Shown here: positions 62,005 to 64,000 of the stretch, one piece after another | Layout of the letters: the number at the start of each line of letters is the position of its first letter | Position numbering within the stretch: position 1 is the stretch's first letter | Origin: Raillietiella orientalis | Lineage: Eukaryota | Direction of reading: 5' to 3' | Length of the DNA stretch: 64,000 nucleotides | Assembly: GCA_036172245.1 (NCBI GenBank) | Contig: JAYWIR010000005.1 | Coordinates: 3,782,001 to 3,846,000, forward strand | Notes under the pieces: generated by a model | Told to the model about the DNA's origin: nothing | Seen by the model: the letters and a program-made list of their open reading frames with translations, nothing else | The model's database searches: none | Position numbers and translations under genes: made by a program

Positions 62005-64000
62005 ATGTGGAATAAATTTAACCGCATATGTACCATTTCATGTGTGGAGACCCAGGTTCGGATTTGGAGGTATGTCTCACATGAATATGTTGAAAACAAA
62101 CTTCAGTGTATGAAACAATCTATACGGCCAATGGCTTTGGCTCTTATCTTTGGTACTGTTCTGATTGTGAAAAAAAATGATAATAAATTCCCCACATTGT
62201 GTTTCATTCGTTTTAAAATATTTAGATTCTTGATTCCAATGAGATCCTTTGCAAATGAAGTAAATACATTACAAGAAAAGGACATTAAAGCTGCTGGTAC
62301 ATTAGATAAATTGATCACAGACCTGCCAGTGGAAAGGATACGGAACTTTTGCATCATTGCCCATATTGATCATGGGAAAAGCACTTTAGCTGATCGCTTG
62401 TTAGAGATAACAGGTTTTGCAGATGTTTTGTTTTTATTTATCAATCAATAAATTGTTATTCCAGGAACAATAAGCTCTGATAAAGGAAATAAACAGATTT
62501 TGGATAAATTACAGGTAGAAAAAGAACGTGGAATTACAGTCAAAGCTCAGTCAGCTAGTATGGTCTATAATTATGCACAGCAACCATATTTATTAAACTT
62601 GATTGATACACCTGGACATGTGGATTTTTCATTTGAAGTGTCCCGATCATTGTCAGTCTGTGATGGAGCTATATTGTTAGTAGATGCAAATCAAGGAATT
62701 CAGGCACAAACAGTGGCAAATTTTTATCAAGCATTTCTTAAAAATCTGACTATCATCCCTGTTTTGAATAAAGTGGATTTGAAAAACGCCAAACCAGAAG
62801 AAGTGGCCATTCAGATGGAGGAAACTTTAGACATTGATCTGTCCACCATCTTGCATGTTTGTAGTAGTCATGGGAAAGAAACATTTGCTTTAGGTATCTG
62901 CAAAGTTAGGATCAGGAGTTCCTGCTCTTCTGGAAGCCATTATCCAAAGGATTCCTCCTCCTAGTTCTGAAAAATGCAAACCCCTTCGAGCATTCTTGTT
63001 CGATTCTTGGTAATTCAATTTCCCTCTGTTTGAAAGAGTACCATTTGTTTTGTGGAATTTAGGTTTGATCACTATCGTGGTGTTATTGGTGTAATTTTGA
63101 TTAAAGATGGTTATTTAAAAGCTGGTGATGTTATTACTTCTAGCATTTCTGGAAAAAAGTTTGAAGTTAAAGAAGTGGGTATCATACAGCTGAAGGAAAA
63201 ACCCACAAGTTACCTGTAAGAAGGAGTTTTGATCAGCTTGTTAATTCTAATTTATGAACAAGTTCAGCTGGTCAAGTGGGTTATTTTGTGGCCAGCATCC
63301 ATAAACCATCTGATGCTCAATTGGGAGACACTTTCTATCTCATGGATACATCTGTGACTCCTCTTCCTCGTCTGCCTCCACCTAAGTGCATGGTATTTGC
63401 TGGTGTGTATCCTGCAGAGCAATCAGCAGCTGGAATGCTACGTACTGCACTGGAGAAGCTGTTGCTCAATGATAGCAGTGTCTCCATGGTTTTGGAAAAC
63501 AGGCAAGGGTATCCCATATCAAGTGAATTATTTGAATGAGATGAATAGCTCTGTTTTGGGTCAAGGATGGCGTTTAGGATTCTTAGGGTTATTGCATATG
63601 GAGGTGTTTAATCAGCGTCTAGAGCAAGAATATGGAGCAGAAATTATAATTACACAGCCCACAGTACCATACAGAGGTAAGCTTGTTCTAACCTTACTTG
63701 TAATCATGATTCAACTAGCCAAACTGAACAATCAACGACTTATTAAACAACATGGTAGTGAAGAAATTGTCATTAACAGCCCTGCGGATTTCCCTGACCC
63801 ATTTTATGTAGAACAGTTTTATGAACCTTTTGTTCTGGGTAGCCTTATCATTCCTGGTAAATAAATTGTTACTCTTGGGAACCAAGACTTTCAATTCAGC
63901 TGATTTATTAAGCGAAACATTATTTCTGTGCCATTCTAAACGAGGAATTCAGCAACATACTGCAAATGTTAGTAATAATCGTATGCTGCTCATGTTTCAA
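62005..64000 (+). CDS. GUF1: Mitochondrial translation factor GUF1 (EF4/LepA), 5' part; runs off the end of the window
   Basis: [76 protein letters not shown]. Basic N-terminal presequence from exon 62005-62069. One GC-AG intron at 63503-63548. Confidence 0.97.

Noticed and set aside
1..64000. Prokaryotic-type systems (CRISPR arrays, operons, retrons, defence islands)
   Set aside because: The window is spliceosomal eukaryotic DNA. I saw no regularly spaced repeat-spacer array, and the RTs carry LINE- or LTR-type motifs.

Overview
Eukaryotic genomic DNA from an invertebrate animal, probably an arthropod (judged from a gustatory-receptor gene with the classic exon pattern). Most introns are only about 33-60 nt, so the supplied ORF track is largely uninformative and I rebuilt the genes by hand from splice sites. 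A GC-rich block (~3.9-19.3 kb) holds an orphan secreted CUB-like gene, Ku70/XRCC6 and a 4-exon gustatory receptor. The AT-rich remainder holds Lasp (+), RPL4 (-, with an intronic SNORD88/snR76-like C/D snoRNA and a candidate H/ACA RNA), RAB3GAP2 (-), ZNRD2/SSSCA1 (-) and the 5' part of GUF1 (+). Between genes lie decayed retroelements: a near-intact L1/Tx1-type ORF2, several RT/endonuclease fossils, a gypsy-like pol fossil, and an intronless glycoprotein-like relic that may be a viral or env gene. The most unusual item is a ~770-bp repeat family seen twice (1.9-2.7 kb and 53.0-53.8 kb). It has a tRNA-like Pol III head, a body of small hairpins (several cUUCGg) and a terminal stem-loop. Family assignments rest on recalled motifs; no searches were run.
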